Assembly: GCA_016283935.1 (NCBI GenBank)
Contig: JAEENX010000026.1
Location: 30,528-94,527, forward strand
DNA from: Bacilli bacterium
GTDB lineage: Bacteria > Bacillota_I > Bacilli_A > RF39 > UBA660
DNA length: 64,000 nt
Direction: 5' to 3'
Position numbers and translations under genes: made by a program. Below, piece after piece: positions 41,838 through 51,778 of this stretch (within the stretch, counting starts at the first letter, position 1; every line of letters begins with the position of its first letter). Below the pieces are notes generated by a model. That model saw only the letters and a list, made by a program, of their open reading frames with translations, had not been told where the DNA came from and did not search any database.

Positions 41838-42482
41838 TTATTTTACTTCTATTACTTTAGTTTTAAATACCTTGTCTAATATAGTCTCATTATTTTTACT
41901 TTTAAAGAATGAAACTAATAGAATAATTTCTAAAATAATACCTAATAAACTAATAATAGCATTATAGTAAAAGAATATATTTGCATCATTTATTAATAGT
42001 ATTCCAACTATATTTAATATACTAATTAATACTATTCCATCAAATATAAAGAATTCACCAATGAATAATGATTTAAATAATAATCTAAAGAAACTAACAT
42101 TCTTTTTATCATCCGAATTAACAACTTTAAGTTTATATAACTTCTTACCTAAAGTCTTACCACCTGTACTATATTGAAATACAACAAAATATAATAAAGA
42201 TAATACTATAAACCAAACATAATAGAATATATTAGTTTTAGATGTTTTATATAAAGCATCACTTACTTTATCTTTAAATTTAATAACACCATCAGGTGTA
42301 CTATATTCTTGAGGATTTATATTACTTATTAATTCAGTATATTCCTTACTACTATTTTTATAATCATTATAATAAGGATTACTTATAGTATTACCAAATA
42401 ATAATGATGTTAATAATGATATTAATACTAAATCTAAGAATATTGCACTGAATCTTCTATATTTTAATGATTTAAAAAACAT
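41838..42482 (-). CDS. RDD-family membrane protein
   Basis: RRFSAIFLDLVLISLL and GKTLGKKLYKLKVV match RDD signatures. Confidence 0.6.
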   Translation of the reverse strand: MFFKSLKYRRFSAIFLDLVLISLLTSLLFGNTISNPYYNDYKNSSKEYTELISNINPQEYSTPDGVIKFKDKVSDALYKTSKTNIFYYVWFIVLSLLYFVVFQYSTGGKTLGKKLYKLKVVNSDDKKNVSFFRLLFKSLFIGEFFIFDGIVLISILNIVGILLINDANIFFYYNAIISLLGIILEIILLVSFFKSKNNETILDKVFKTKVIEVK

Positions 42483-42920
42483 ATATACTTCACCTAGTCT
42501 AATTATAGCACAAAAAAATAGAAGTAAATACTTCTATATTTTCCCCCCTCTTTTTCTTTAGCATAATCCCTTATTATTCTAAAAAATTATATCAATTGTT
42601 AATATAGTTAGAATTGAATTACACAAAGATTCAAAGAATAGTGTATAGTGCACAAAGAGTGCATTCCTTGAATAAATTTATATGGTTTGTTTTTGTAGTT
42701 AAGAAATTATTATTGGTCTATTTTTTAGTTTTCATAATCAACAAGCTACATCAACAATTGATACCTCAGTATCCCTTTTTATTCTTTAACCCCTTATTCA
42801 CATGAAATGATTAAAATCTGTAGTTTTATTAATCTTCTTCTCAAGTGATAGTTAATATTATAGATACTATTTATTATTTGTAAAATACCAATTTTCTATG
42901 TTGAATTATAACAAAAAATT

Positions 42921-42948
42921 AATGGTATAACGTTTTGTTATACCATTA
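42921..42948 (-). terminator. rho-independent terminator downstream of the LysR gene
   Basis: Hairpin aatggtataacgttttgttataccatt with a T-run on the minus strand. Confidence 0.45.
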
Positions 42949-42953
42949 TATAA

Positions 42954-43847
42954 TTATTTGTTAACTAATATATATTCATCAATAAATTTCTTAGGAGCAA
43001 TCATTAAATACTTATCTATATATATAAGGTTAATAGTTAATTCAGGTAATTCTTCTTCAATAGGAAGTATTTCTAATTCGCCTTTTTTAACACTTGATTC
43101 TATATATTTATCTAAGATATATCCTACTCCACATCCTTCTTGAACTAATTCCTTAATCATTTCAGATGTTTCTATTGATAATACATTTTTAAACTTAACA
43201 TTATGATCTTGTAATATTTCATTTAATTTGTTTCTATGACTACTTCTTTCATTAGGAAGTATTAATGATTCTTTTTCTAAATCTTTTAAGTTCTTAGCTT
43301 CTACTCCTAATCCCTTCTTTTGAAAGAATACATGTCTACAATTGAATAATGGTTCAATATGTAATTCTTTTTCAGAATAAGGAACTGGACTAGGATCTAT
43401 CATGAAATCTATTTCATGATTTTCTAGTAATTTAATTAATTTATCAGTAGTTCTAGAAATAATTGATACTTCTATATTTGGATAAGCTTTATGGAAAGCA
43501 TTAAGCTTGTCTAATAAATAACATGAAGCAATATGAGTTGGAACACCAATTGCTAATTTACCAGTTGTTAAGTTAGCTGATTCACTCATACATCTTTGAC
43601 CAACTAATAAACTATTACATGCTTCTTCTACATATCCAAATAATTCTTTACCTTTTTCTGTTAAAACCATACCATTTAATGTTCTATGGAATAATTCAAC
43701 ATTAAGTTCAGATTCTAGATTTTTAATTGATCTAGAAATAGCTGGTTGGGAAATCATTAAATTCTTAGAAGCAGCAGATACAGATCCATATTTAGCTACA
43801 TCATAGAATATTTTATATAGGTTTAAGTTAATTGATTCATTATACAT
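42954..43847 (-). CDS. LysR-family transcriptional regulator
   Basis: YKIFYDVAKYGSVSAASKNLMISQPAISRSIKNLE HTH; start moved to the internal ATG with aggtgg SD, which removes the 47-nt overlap seen in the ORF track. Confidence 0.8.
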   Translation of the reverse strand: MYNESINLNLYKIFYDVAKYGSVSAASKNLMISQPAISRSIKNLESELNVELFHRTLNGMVLTEKGKELFGYVEEACNSLLVGQRCMSESANLTTGKLAIGVPTHIASCYLLDKLNAFHKAYPNIEVSIISRTTDKLIKLLENHEIDFMIDPSPVPYSEKELHIEPLFNCRHVFFQKKGLGVEAKNLKDLEKESLILPNERSSHRNKLNEILQDHNVKFKNVLSIETSEMIKELVQEGCGVGYILDKYIESSVKKGELEILPIEEELPELTINLIYIDKYLMIAPKKFIDEYILVNK

Positions 43848-44685
43848 GTGGACCACCTGCTTTCTTCTTAGCGTAGTGGCCATCAATTGCCTCTTGTAAT
43901 TCTTCTGAAGATACTTTAGTAATATCTTCTATTAATATTTTATCTTCATAATTTTCTGATTCTTTTAATGCACCTTTAGGAGATACAACACAATCTTTAT
44001 CTAAGAACTTAATATCTTTAAATGTTACATCAAAGAATTCTTGTCTACATGATTGTTGTTGTCTAAGAGCATCAAATTGTTCATCAGTTATAGATAATGT
44101 ACATCTTCTTTGTTTAGCATATCCTCTAATTGGATAATATTGGAAGAATTTAATTCTACTAACTCCTGCTAATGATAACTCATCTCTCATTGCAGATAAC
44201 ATATATTCTTGTTCACCATAGTTAGCTCTTGTAACTACTGAATTAATTTGAACAATATGTCCTGGTCTCTTAGCTTGAATTAAATTACACAAATATAAGA
44301 TATGATCATAGTTATCTGCTCCTCTTCCAGATTCCTTATTAACATAAGGTGATGGAGAATCACATGAGAATGTTATTCTTTTAAATAAATCACATATTAA
44401 TTCAATATTATCTTCATTAACATAATCACCATTTGTAACTATAAAAGTTTCTATTCCTAATCTATTAGATTCCATAGCAAGTTCATAAATACCTTCATAT
44501 GAAAGTGGTTCACCACCAGAGAAAGTAATTCTATTTACTCCTGCTTCTTTCAATTTGTGTAAAATAATCATGTTATCTTCTAAAGTTCTATCACTTTCAA
44601 ATAATTCACGAAAACAGTAAACACACTTCTTATTACATTTTGTTGTAACATTCCAACATACATATTTTAGATTTTCTCTATTCAT
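43840..44685 (-). CDS. radical SAM enzyme (CX3CX2C), function unknown
   Basis: CNKKCVYCF, ITFSGGEPL; immediately upstream of and co-oriented with the LysR gene. Confidence 0.7.
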   Translation of the reverse strand: MNRENLKYVCWNVTTKCNKKCVYCFRELFESDRTLEDNMIILHKLKEAGVNRITFSGGEPLSYEGIYELAMESNRLGIETFIVTNGDYVNEDNIELICDLFKRITFSCDSPSPYVNKESGRGADNYDHILYLCNLIQAKRPGHIVQINSVVTRANYGEQEYMLSAMRDELSLAGVSRIKFFQYYPIRGYAKQRRCTLSITDEQFDALRQQQSCRQEFFDVTFKDIKFLDKDCVVSPKGALKESENYEDKILIEDITKVSSEELQEAIDGHYAKKKAGGPHV

Positions 44686-44883
44686 GTATTTCCCTACTTT
44701 CTATCCTTAATACAGGCGAATTTCCCTTTTTTCTTTTCTTGGTTTGTTATAATATAACAAAAAGTAATAAAATGCAAGTTATTATTAACCTATAGTTATA
44801 CCCATAAATAATAGTTAAAACTCTATATACATGACTAAAACTTAAGAAAATACAATAAATATTAGAAAAAGTGCATAAATTGT

Positions 44884-44912
44884 TTGCAAATTATATTTAA
44901 ATTTGGTACAAT
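44884..44912 (+). promoter_or_regulatory. sigma-A promoter of rpsT (TTGCAA-N17-TACAAT)
   Basis: -35 at 44884-44889 and -10 at 44907-44912. Confidence 0.45.
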
Positions 44913-44944
44913 TTTATATGTATTTAAGGAAGGAGCGAATATTA

Positions 44945-45211
44945 ATGGCTAATATTAAAAGCGCTAAGAAATCTATTAAAACAGATGCAGTTAGAGAATC
45001 AGCTAACAGAGCTATCAGATCTAAAGTAAAAAACGATATGAAAAAAATCGAAGCTGCTGTATCTAAAAAAGATTCTGAACTTGCTAACTCTGAATTAAAA
45101 GGTTTTATATCAGATATTGATAAAGCTTGTTCTAAAGGTATAATTAAGAAAAATACTTGTGCTAGACAAAAATCAAGATTAAATAAAAAAGTTAAAGAAA
45201 TGAATAAATAA
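44945..45211 (+). CDS. rpsT: 30S ribosomal protein S20
   Basis: MANIKSAKKSIKTDAVRESANRAIRSK; SD aaggaagga; the ORF-track upstream extension is unlikely. Confidence 0.9.
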   Translation: MANIKSAKKSIKTDAVRESANRAIRSKVKNDMKKIEAAVSKKDSELANSELKGFISDIDKACSKGIIKKNTCARQKSRLNKKVKEMNK

Positions 45212-45266
45212 TCATTTCTTTTTTTTATGTCTATTTCATGGTATATTATTTATATGGTGATTATAC

Positions 45267-46196
45267 ATGAAGAAAAGAATACTAACTATAATAATATGTC
45301 TAGTATTAACTGGAACTACAATATTTTATTTAGATAAAATAACAACTAAGTTAGCAAGTTTCTTTAATAGTACTCCTAAAGTATCTATTGAAGAAAAAAA
45401 TCAATATGCTAAAGAAAAAGATTATGCTTATTTACAAACTACTGATAAGTTTGTTCCTTATAACTATCAAGAATTATTAAATGTTTTATATACTATATTA
45501 GATTCAGGATATGATACTTTCACATTCTATTGTCCAAATGAATATCAAGAATGTTTAAATGATATAAAACAAATTAGTAATACAACAAATAATGAAGTAT
45601 TAACTACTATAGGTAACTATGTTTCTCCATATAACAACTTCTCTACTATAAGAATTGAATATGATACAGCTGGAGAAGTAACAGTTTATATAACACATTT
45701 ATATTCAGAAGAAGAAATTAATAAAATATCAAATGAAATTAATAGAGTTTGGACTTCCCTAGTTTCTGAAGGAATGACTAATAAAGAAATAATATATGCA
45801 TTCCATGATTATATTATTAATCATACAAAGTATGATGAAAAATATGAAGAAGAATTAAAAAATCTAGGAAAGACAACATATCATTCTGATAAAGCAATTG
45901 GTCCTTTATTTGAAGGTCATGCAATATGTTCAGGTTATACTGATACAATGTCTATTGTATTAGATAGATTAGGTATTACAAATTATAAAGTTGCATCAAA
46001 TACACATGTATGGAATGCTGTTTATTTAGATGGAAGTTGGTTACATTTAGATTTAACTTGGGACGATCCAGTTTCAGAAGATAGATCTAAAGATAATTTA
46101 TTACATAAGTTCTTCTTAGTAGATACTGAATCACTTGAATCATTTGATATCAAAGAACACACATTTGATAAATCAATATATCAAGAACTAAAATAA
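45267..46196 (+). CDS. secreted transglutaminase-like cysteine protease superfamily protein
   Basis: Signal/TM N-terminus; GHAICSGYTD ... HVWNAV ... DLTWDD triad context. Confidence 0.65.
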   Translation: MKKRILTIIICLVLTGTTIFYLDKITTKLASFFNSTPKVSIEEKNQYAKEKDYAYLQTTDKFVPYNYQELLNVLYTILDSGYDTFTFYCPNEYQECLNDIKQISNTTNNEVLTTIGNYVSPYNNFSTIRIEYDTAGEVTVYITHLYSEEEINKISNEINRVWTSLVSEGMTNKEIIYAFHDYIINHTKYDEKYEEELKNLGKTTYHSDKAIGPLFEGHAICSGYTDTMSIVLDRLGITNYKVASNTHVWNAVYLDGSWLHLDLTWDDPVSEDRSKDNLLHKFFLVDTESLESFDIKEHTFDKSIYQELK

Positions 46197-46220
46197 AAAG
46201 AAGGTATTAAACCTTCTTTT

Positions 46221-46655
46221 TTATTTTCTTCTACCTACTTCAGTTTCAATTAATTTTTCCATGGCTACTTTATTTAATGAACCAAAGAAAGCGTCTTTCT
46301 TTTGAGTAAATAAATCTTTATCAGTAGTAAATACTATCTTACCACTATTATATGCATATAATTGAGTATTAGCAGCAGTAGCAGCTTTAGCTAATACACC
46401 AAGTGTATCAACAAATTCATCTCTAGTAGCAATATCATCTATTCCTGATAAATAAGTTACTTTATTAAGTTTAACAAAATGATATTTACTTTGATCAATA
46501 TTCATTCTACTAACTACTCTAGTAACACTTCCAATTGTATTTCTACTTATATTTTCATTAATAGTAAATAAACCATTTTTTTCTCCACATAGTAAATTAA
46601 TATCTACATGTCCATCTTCTTTAGGTTTAACTATTGCATAAATACCTTTTCTCAT
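46221..46655 (-). CDS. hypothetical protein
   Basis: ORF downstream of recD2; no motif. Confidence 0.35.
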   Translation of the reverse strand: MRKGIYAIVKPKEDGHVDINLLCGEKNGLFTINENISRNTIGSVTRVVSRMNIDQSKYHFVKLNKVTYLSGIDDIATRDEFVDTLGVLAKAATAANTQLYAYNSGKIVFTTDKDLFTQKKDAFFGSLNKVAMEKLIETEVGRRK

Positions 46656-46711
46656 AACAATCCCCTTTTCAATGATTTTGTATTATACAATAAAAGAGTA
46701 ATTATTGCAAA

Positions 46712-48916
46712 TTACTCTATCTTAAACTTTGAAGTATCATTATAGACATTATCTAAGTCTTCTTTTAATGTTGTTTTTCTAGTTAATGAATTATTATTAT
46801 TAACTGCCATCATAAATGCTCTAGGATCACCAACAAGTACTAAACTCTTCTTAGCTCTAGATACACCTGTATATATAAGTTTGTTATATAACATTCTTAT
46901 ATATTCCATTGTTAAAGGCATTATTACATGATCAAATTCAGAACCTTGAGATTTATGAATAGTCATAGCATAAGCATGTCTAATACTAGATATATCTTCT
47001 CTTTTAAAAGATACTCTATTACCATAGAAATCTATAACCATAAAATCTTCTTTACTCTTAACATCTATCTTTTTAATATATCCAATATCACCATTAAATA
47101 TATTATTTTCAACATTATTAACTAAATTTAATACTTTATCATTTTCTCTAAATACAACTGATCCTATAGTAACTTCCTTTTTACTACTCTTCTCAGGATT
47201 AAATATTTTTTGTAATATTATATTTAAATTATCTATACCATTTTCTCCTTTATACATAGGAGCAAGTATTTGAATTTCTTTTTCACTTAATCCTTTTTTT
47301 ACTGATCTAGAAACTATTTCTTTAATCATGTCTCTAATTTCTAATTTAGTACAAGGTAAGAAATTATAATCATCTTTCTTTAAACTAATATCTGATTCAA
47401 TATCTTGTTTCTTTATTTCAGATGCAAGTATAGGAATAAATGAATTATCAGATTGTCTATAAATAGTAGTCAGATTAATATAATTAAAATAATCAGATTC
47501 AATTAAATCTTTTAATATATTACCTGGACTAACTGAAGGTAATTGGAATTCATCACCTACTAATATTAATCTAACATGAGAATCTATTCCTTTTAGTAAT
47601 GATGCAAATAAATTTGTATCTATCATTGATACTTCATCTACTATTACTAAGTCAGGATATACTTTATTATGTTCATTTATTTGAAATTCTTTTGTATCCA
47701 TTGAATATTTTAAGAATCTATGAATTGTAGATGCAGGATATAAAGTTGCTTCACTCATTCTTTTACTTGCTCTTCCTGTAGGTGCAAGTAATATAACTTT
47801 ATCTCTCATCTTTTGAACACTTAATTGATATGTTTCTTTATATGTATTTAATATTCCATTTATTATAGTTGTTTTACCAGTTCCAGGTCCTCCTGTTATT
47901 AATGTAACAGGATTTTCTAATGCACTTTTGATAGCATTTATTTGTTCATCATCATATTTAATTCCATATTCTTTTTGAATATCATTTATAGTAATAGGAA
48001 AATCTGCGACAGGTGGTATATCTCTAGAATTAATTATTTTTAATTCTCTTGCAATATACATTTCATCTTCATATAAATCAATTAAATAATATCTATTATC
48101 TTTATGGATTATATCTCCCTCTTCTTCTAGAATAGACATATAATCATCAAATGTATCATATATATTAACATCAAATAGTTTTATTAAAGCTTCATATATT
48201 TCTTCTTTAGAAGAATATGTATCACCTGTTTCAAATGTAAGACGTTTCATAGTTTCTATAATACATGCTTTTATTCTCATATCACTTGAATCTTCAAACA
48301 TCTTAAAATAAATACTATCTAATTTATCAAAGTCTACAAAATCTACAAATGAATATAAATTTAATTCAACTGCTTTTTTAGCATTCTTACCATACATAGC
48401 AATTATTTTATTTATTTCTTTAACAGAGAATCCTAATCCAGTTAAATAAATAATAGTTTCATCTAAATCATAATAATTAGTTATAGAATCATATATCTTC
48501 TTAGCAGTTGCAGGAGGTATATCACATTTATATAAATTATTTATATCTTCTTTAATTAATTTAATAGCATCTTCACCTAATACATTTACTATTTGTTTAG
48601 CTCTTTTTTCTCCACATCCTTTTACAAAGTCAGATGTTAAGAATTCAATTATTGCATCTTCACCCTTAGGTTCAACTCTTTCATATGTATCTACTTTAAA
48701 TTGATATCCAAATTTTTCATGATAAATATATTCACCATATAGTATATAAGTATCATCTGTATTTAAAGAAGGAAATGATCCTGTAAAAGTTACTGTTCTA
48801 TTATTAACTATTTCATATATATCTTCAGAAGATTCACGCACACGAAAAAGACCAACCAAATAGCCATTATTACCTTCAAAAATCGATTTTTTGTATTTTC
48901 CTTGTATGTAACTCAT
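46712..48916 (-). CDS. recD2: RecD2-type ATP-dependent DNA helicase (SF1B)
   Basis: LITGGPGTGKTT Walker A, VIVDEVSM, LILVGDEFQLPSV, C-terminal GVSRAKKSLVLVGD. Confidence 0.85.
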   Translation of the reverse strand: MSYIQGKYKKSIFEGNNGYLVGLFRVRESSEDIYEIVNNRTVTFTGSFPSLNTDDTYILYGEYIYHEKFGYQFKVDTYERVEPKGEDAIIEFLTSDFVKGCGEKRAKQIVNVLGEDAIKLIKEDINNLYKCDIPPATAKKIYDSITNYYDLDETIIYLTGLGFSVKEINKIIAMYGKNAKKAVELNLYSFVDFVDFDKLDSIYFKMFEDSSDMRIKACIIETMKRLTFETGDTYSSKEEIYEALIKLFDVNIYDTFDDYMSILEEEGDIIHKDNRYYLIDLYEDEMYIARELKIINSRDIPPVADFPITINDIQKEYGIKYDDEQINAIKSALENPVTLITGGPGTGKTTIINGILNTYKETYQLSVQKMRDKVILLAPTGRASKRMSEATLYPASTIHRFLKYSMDTKEFQINEHNKVYPDLVIVDEVSMIDTNLFASLLKGIDSHVRLILVGDEFQLPSVSPGNILKDLIESDYFNYINLTTIYRQSDNSFIPILASEIKKQDIESDISLKKDDYNFLPCTKLEIRDMIKEIVSRSVKKGLSEKEIQILAPMYKGENGIDNLNIILQKIFNPEKSSKKEVTIGSVVFRENDKVLNLVNNVENNIFNGDIGYIKKIDVKSKEDFMVIDFYGNRVSFKREDISSIRHAYAMTIHKSQGSEFDHVIMPLTMEYIRMLYNKLIYTGVSRAKKSLVLVGDPRAFMMAVNNNNSLTRKTTLKEDLDNVYNDTSKFKIE

Positions 48917-48959
48917 ATAAATATTATAACATATAAAAACCTCCTATAAGGAGGTTATT

Positions 48960-49148
48960 TTATATATGATGAACAGGATTTTTATTTAAATTATCTCCTG
49001 CTACTTTATGTAGTGTTGATAATAATTCCATTCTTGCTAATTTAAGTTTCTTTTTTTCATCAAATTGTTTAATATTATGTTTCTTTTCATATAAAGCAGT
49101 TTGATCAGTTTCAAAACTTAATGATACATTAAAAGTAATATGTTCCAT
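48960..49148 (-). CDS. small hypothetical protein (62 aa)
   Basis: ORF only. Confidence 0.2.
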   Translation of the reverse strand: MEHITFNVSLSFETDQTALYEKKHNIKQFDEKKKLKLARMELLSTLHKVAGDNLNKNPVHHI

Positions 49149-49167
49149 ATAAAAGCACCAATAATAA

Positions 49168-49434
49168 TTATTTATTATTCTTTAATTCCTTCAATATCAT
49201 CTCGTCTACTCTTTTTTGAAATTGAGATGATCCAGCAAAACCACCAGAAGTTGGAATTTGAATTCCTCCATTTTTTTGAGTTTCTGCTATTTTCTTTTTT
49301 CTTTCTTCTATTTCCATACATATATAATAATATGCCCAGTCAATTTTATTCTTCTCACTAACTATTTGATTATAAACTTGCATTAGTTCATCATCAGAAT
49401 ATTGAGAATAATTTGGTGTATTTCTATTATCCAT
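49168..49434 (-). CDS. small hypothetical protein (88 aa)
   Basis: ORF only. Confidence 0.3.
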   Translation of the reverse strand: MDNRNTPNYSQYSDDELMQVYNQIVSEKNKIDWAYYYICMEIEERKKKIAETQKNGGIQIPTSGGFAGSSQFQKRVDEMILKELKNNK

Positions 49435-49520
49435 ATGCGCATCCCCTTTAGTAATTAATATTATATATTATTATTATAAGAATGACAAACCATTTATTAT
49501 AAAAAAAAGACTAGTACTTA

Positions 49521-49979
49521 CTAATCCATTTTTACGTTATCTATATTAAATTCTTTTTTCATCATATCATAGATTACTAATCTATCTTCACGAGTAAAAA
49601 TATCTTTTTGTCTTTTAAATCTACTATTAGCCCATTTCCAAAAATTATATCCAAAATGTCTATCTTTATATGTTTTACCACATATCTTTAATTCATTCTT
49701 ATATCTAGGAACAAACCAATAATGTACATGTGGTTTTTCATTATCTCTATAAGCATTATTCATAAGACATGCAAAGTTAAACATATCTGCATTAAATACT
49801 TTCTTACATACTCTTTCTAATTCTTTCTCAAGTTTACCTAGTTCAATCCATTCCTCTACTTCCATATCACTGAGACTTTCTTTATGTCCTGACACAATAC
49901 AAGCACCTGGAAATTCTTGACACCAATCTTGAAAAACAATTTCAAAATACTTTCCTTTATATAACTCCATATCCTTCAC
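49521..49979 (-). CDS. HIT-like superfamily protein with degenerate histidine triad (HVHYW)
   Basis: NEKPHVHYWFVPRY resembles an HxHxHxx triad with the third His replaced by Tyr. Confidence 0.4.
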   Translation of the reverse strand: MKDMELYKGKYFEIVFQDWCQEFPGACIVSGHKESLSDMEVEEWIELGKLEKELERVCKKVFNADMFNFACLMNNAYRDNEKPHVHYWFVPRYKNELKICGKTYKDRHFGYNFWKWANSRFKRQKDIFTREDRLVIYDMMKKEFNIDNVKMD

Positions 49980-50241
49980 CTATTATAATTATAACATAAT
50001 AAAAGACTAGTCTTTACTAATCTTTTATTATTAATTCACAACTATACATTCATTATCATCTAATGTAATAACATTATTAAATATATCCTTACCATTATTG
50101 CTATCTTCTGTATGAATAATAACAGTGGAAGTTGGATTAACTATTTTATTTAATATAATACTTTGTTTTTCATAATTACTCACATCCTAAATTTACTATA
50201 ACACTTACCTATAAAAAAACTAGGTATTAACCTAGTATTCT

Positions 50242-51315
50242 TTATCTTTTTATACCATGCTTTTTGTGATATTCTTCTTTTTCTTTATACATCTCATTAT
50301 CAGCTTGTTTGTATACTTCATATACATTATCATTATCTTTATATGAATATCCAAAAGAACTATTATAGTTGGTTTTACTTAATTCTTTTTTAGCATTTTT
50401 AATATATTTATTAACATCTTCTTTTACTTTATAAAAACATAAAGCAACAAATTCATCTCCATCAACTCTATAAATTCATACATTTTTAGGATCTACATGT
50501 AATAAAATATCAGATATAGTAACAATTGCTTTATCTCCTTCATCATGTCCTAAAGTATCATTTATAGTTTTTAAATTATTCATATCTATTGATATAACTG
50601 ATGTAACCTTATTTGCAAATCTTACTATATCATTATAGAAAGAAGCTCGATTAAATGTGGAAGTTAATACATCTACTCTATTATATTCAATATATAAGAA
50701 TGAATAATATTGTAATCCACATATTAATAATACTGAATCAAATAAATTAACATAGTAATATTTTATATCTAAATAAGAAGCTCCTACACATATAATCATA
50801 AATAGTAATAATATAACAGTTCTTAATTTATTTTGAGCACTATATTGTTTTATTACAATAGATAATAACACTAAGAAGTAAAAAGTATTAAGTATATATG
50901 AGCTATAAAAATGTGGACCTTTAATCAATTCATTAGTAGCACTAAAACCAAAAGCTATACTATTAAAAAAGCAAGTTGTGTATATAGTTGTATTAATAAT
51001 ACATAATAAACTAATATATTTAATAATTTTTCTATTAGATAATAATGATATAAATAATATGATTACTGCTGGTCTTAACATATAACATAAATAAGATGTT
51101 ATTAATACCACCATTGTATAATGATCTAATGTCCTATAATAATCTCTTATAACACCAGATATAGTAAGTACTACTATAACTATTAATAATTCTTTTATTC
51201 TATCATGTCTTTCAGTCTTAATATTTTTTAATTCATTACTAACTATAATAGTAAAACCGATAAGTAATGATAATAATAAATAATTATTAATTAAAATATC
51301 TAACATACAACTCAC
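50242..51315 (-). pseudogene. multi-TM sensor / GGDEF-domain protein interrupted by an in-frame TGA at 50476-50478; motif is degenerate (RVDGDEF)
   Basis: Listed ORF ends ...ILLHVDPKNV then TGA; same frame continues IYRVDGDEFVALCF... for 77 more codons to TAA at 50242-50244, followed immediately by terminator hairpin 50216-50238. Confidence 0.55.
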
Positions 51316-51369
51316 CTCTTACTCGATTGTATTATAACATACATTATTTTTTAAGTAAAAAACAATCAT

Positions 51370-51681
51370 TTAGATTGTTTTCATTGTCATACTATATGCT
51401 TCTCTTATAGCATCAGATATTTCATTATAACTATAATTTATTTCTTCTAAATATTTATCTAATTCTCTTTTTAGTTTAGGATTATTAGCATCCATATCTT
51501 CTATAAATGGAATTGTACTTATAAGGTTATATCTTTCTATTCCATTTTGTCTTAATGATTCTCTAGTATTACTTCTTACATGCTCAAGAGTATGTTTATT
51601 TTCTTCACTTATTGATGAATATTCTTTATAATCTGTTTTTAAATCATTTAATTTAACTTTTATACTCATATATATCATCAC
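51370..51681 (-). CDS. hypothetical protein
   Basis: ORF only. Confidence 0.3.
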   Translation of the reverse strand: MMIYMSIKVKLNDLKTDYKEYSSISEENKHTLEHVRSNTRESLRQNGIERYNLISTIPFIEDMDANNPKLKRELDKYLEEINYSYNEISDAIREAYSMTMKTI

Positions 51682-51778
51682 GAATTAGATAATAATTTAC
51701 CACAAAAATGTTAAGATAAAAAATTATGTAATCAAATAACAATATATTAGGGTATAATAAATATAGAGGATGACTTAT

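Noticed and set aside
42614-42805. 63-aa plus-strand ORF in the long RDD/LysR intergenic region
   Set aside because: Low-complexity hydrophobic translation, no convincing SD or start context; more likely non-coding spacer with terminators on both sides. The region as a whole may still hold a small RNA.
42954-43886. Apparent 47-nt overlap between the radical SAM gene and the LysR gene
   Set aside because: It is an artefact of taking the longest ORF. An internal ATG with an aggtgg SD starts the LysR HTH at 43847, which removes the overlap.
50037-50190. Possible 50-aa minus-strand ORF between the HIT-like gene and the GGDEF pseudogene
   Set aside because: It would need a GTG start with a 1-nt SD spacing and has no ATG start in frame; insufficient support.
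50476-50478. Hypothesis that the genome uses translation table 4 (TGA=Trp), which would make the GGDEF gene intact
   Set aside because: Conserved Trp positions in the PBP (DWNKWGWG) and HtpG (YVWESSG) are encoded by TGG, and long housekeeping ORFs (mutL, htpG, recD2, the PBP gene) have no in-frame TGA. Standard code 11 fits, so the TGA here is an exception rather than the rule.
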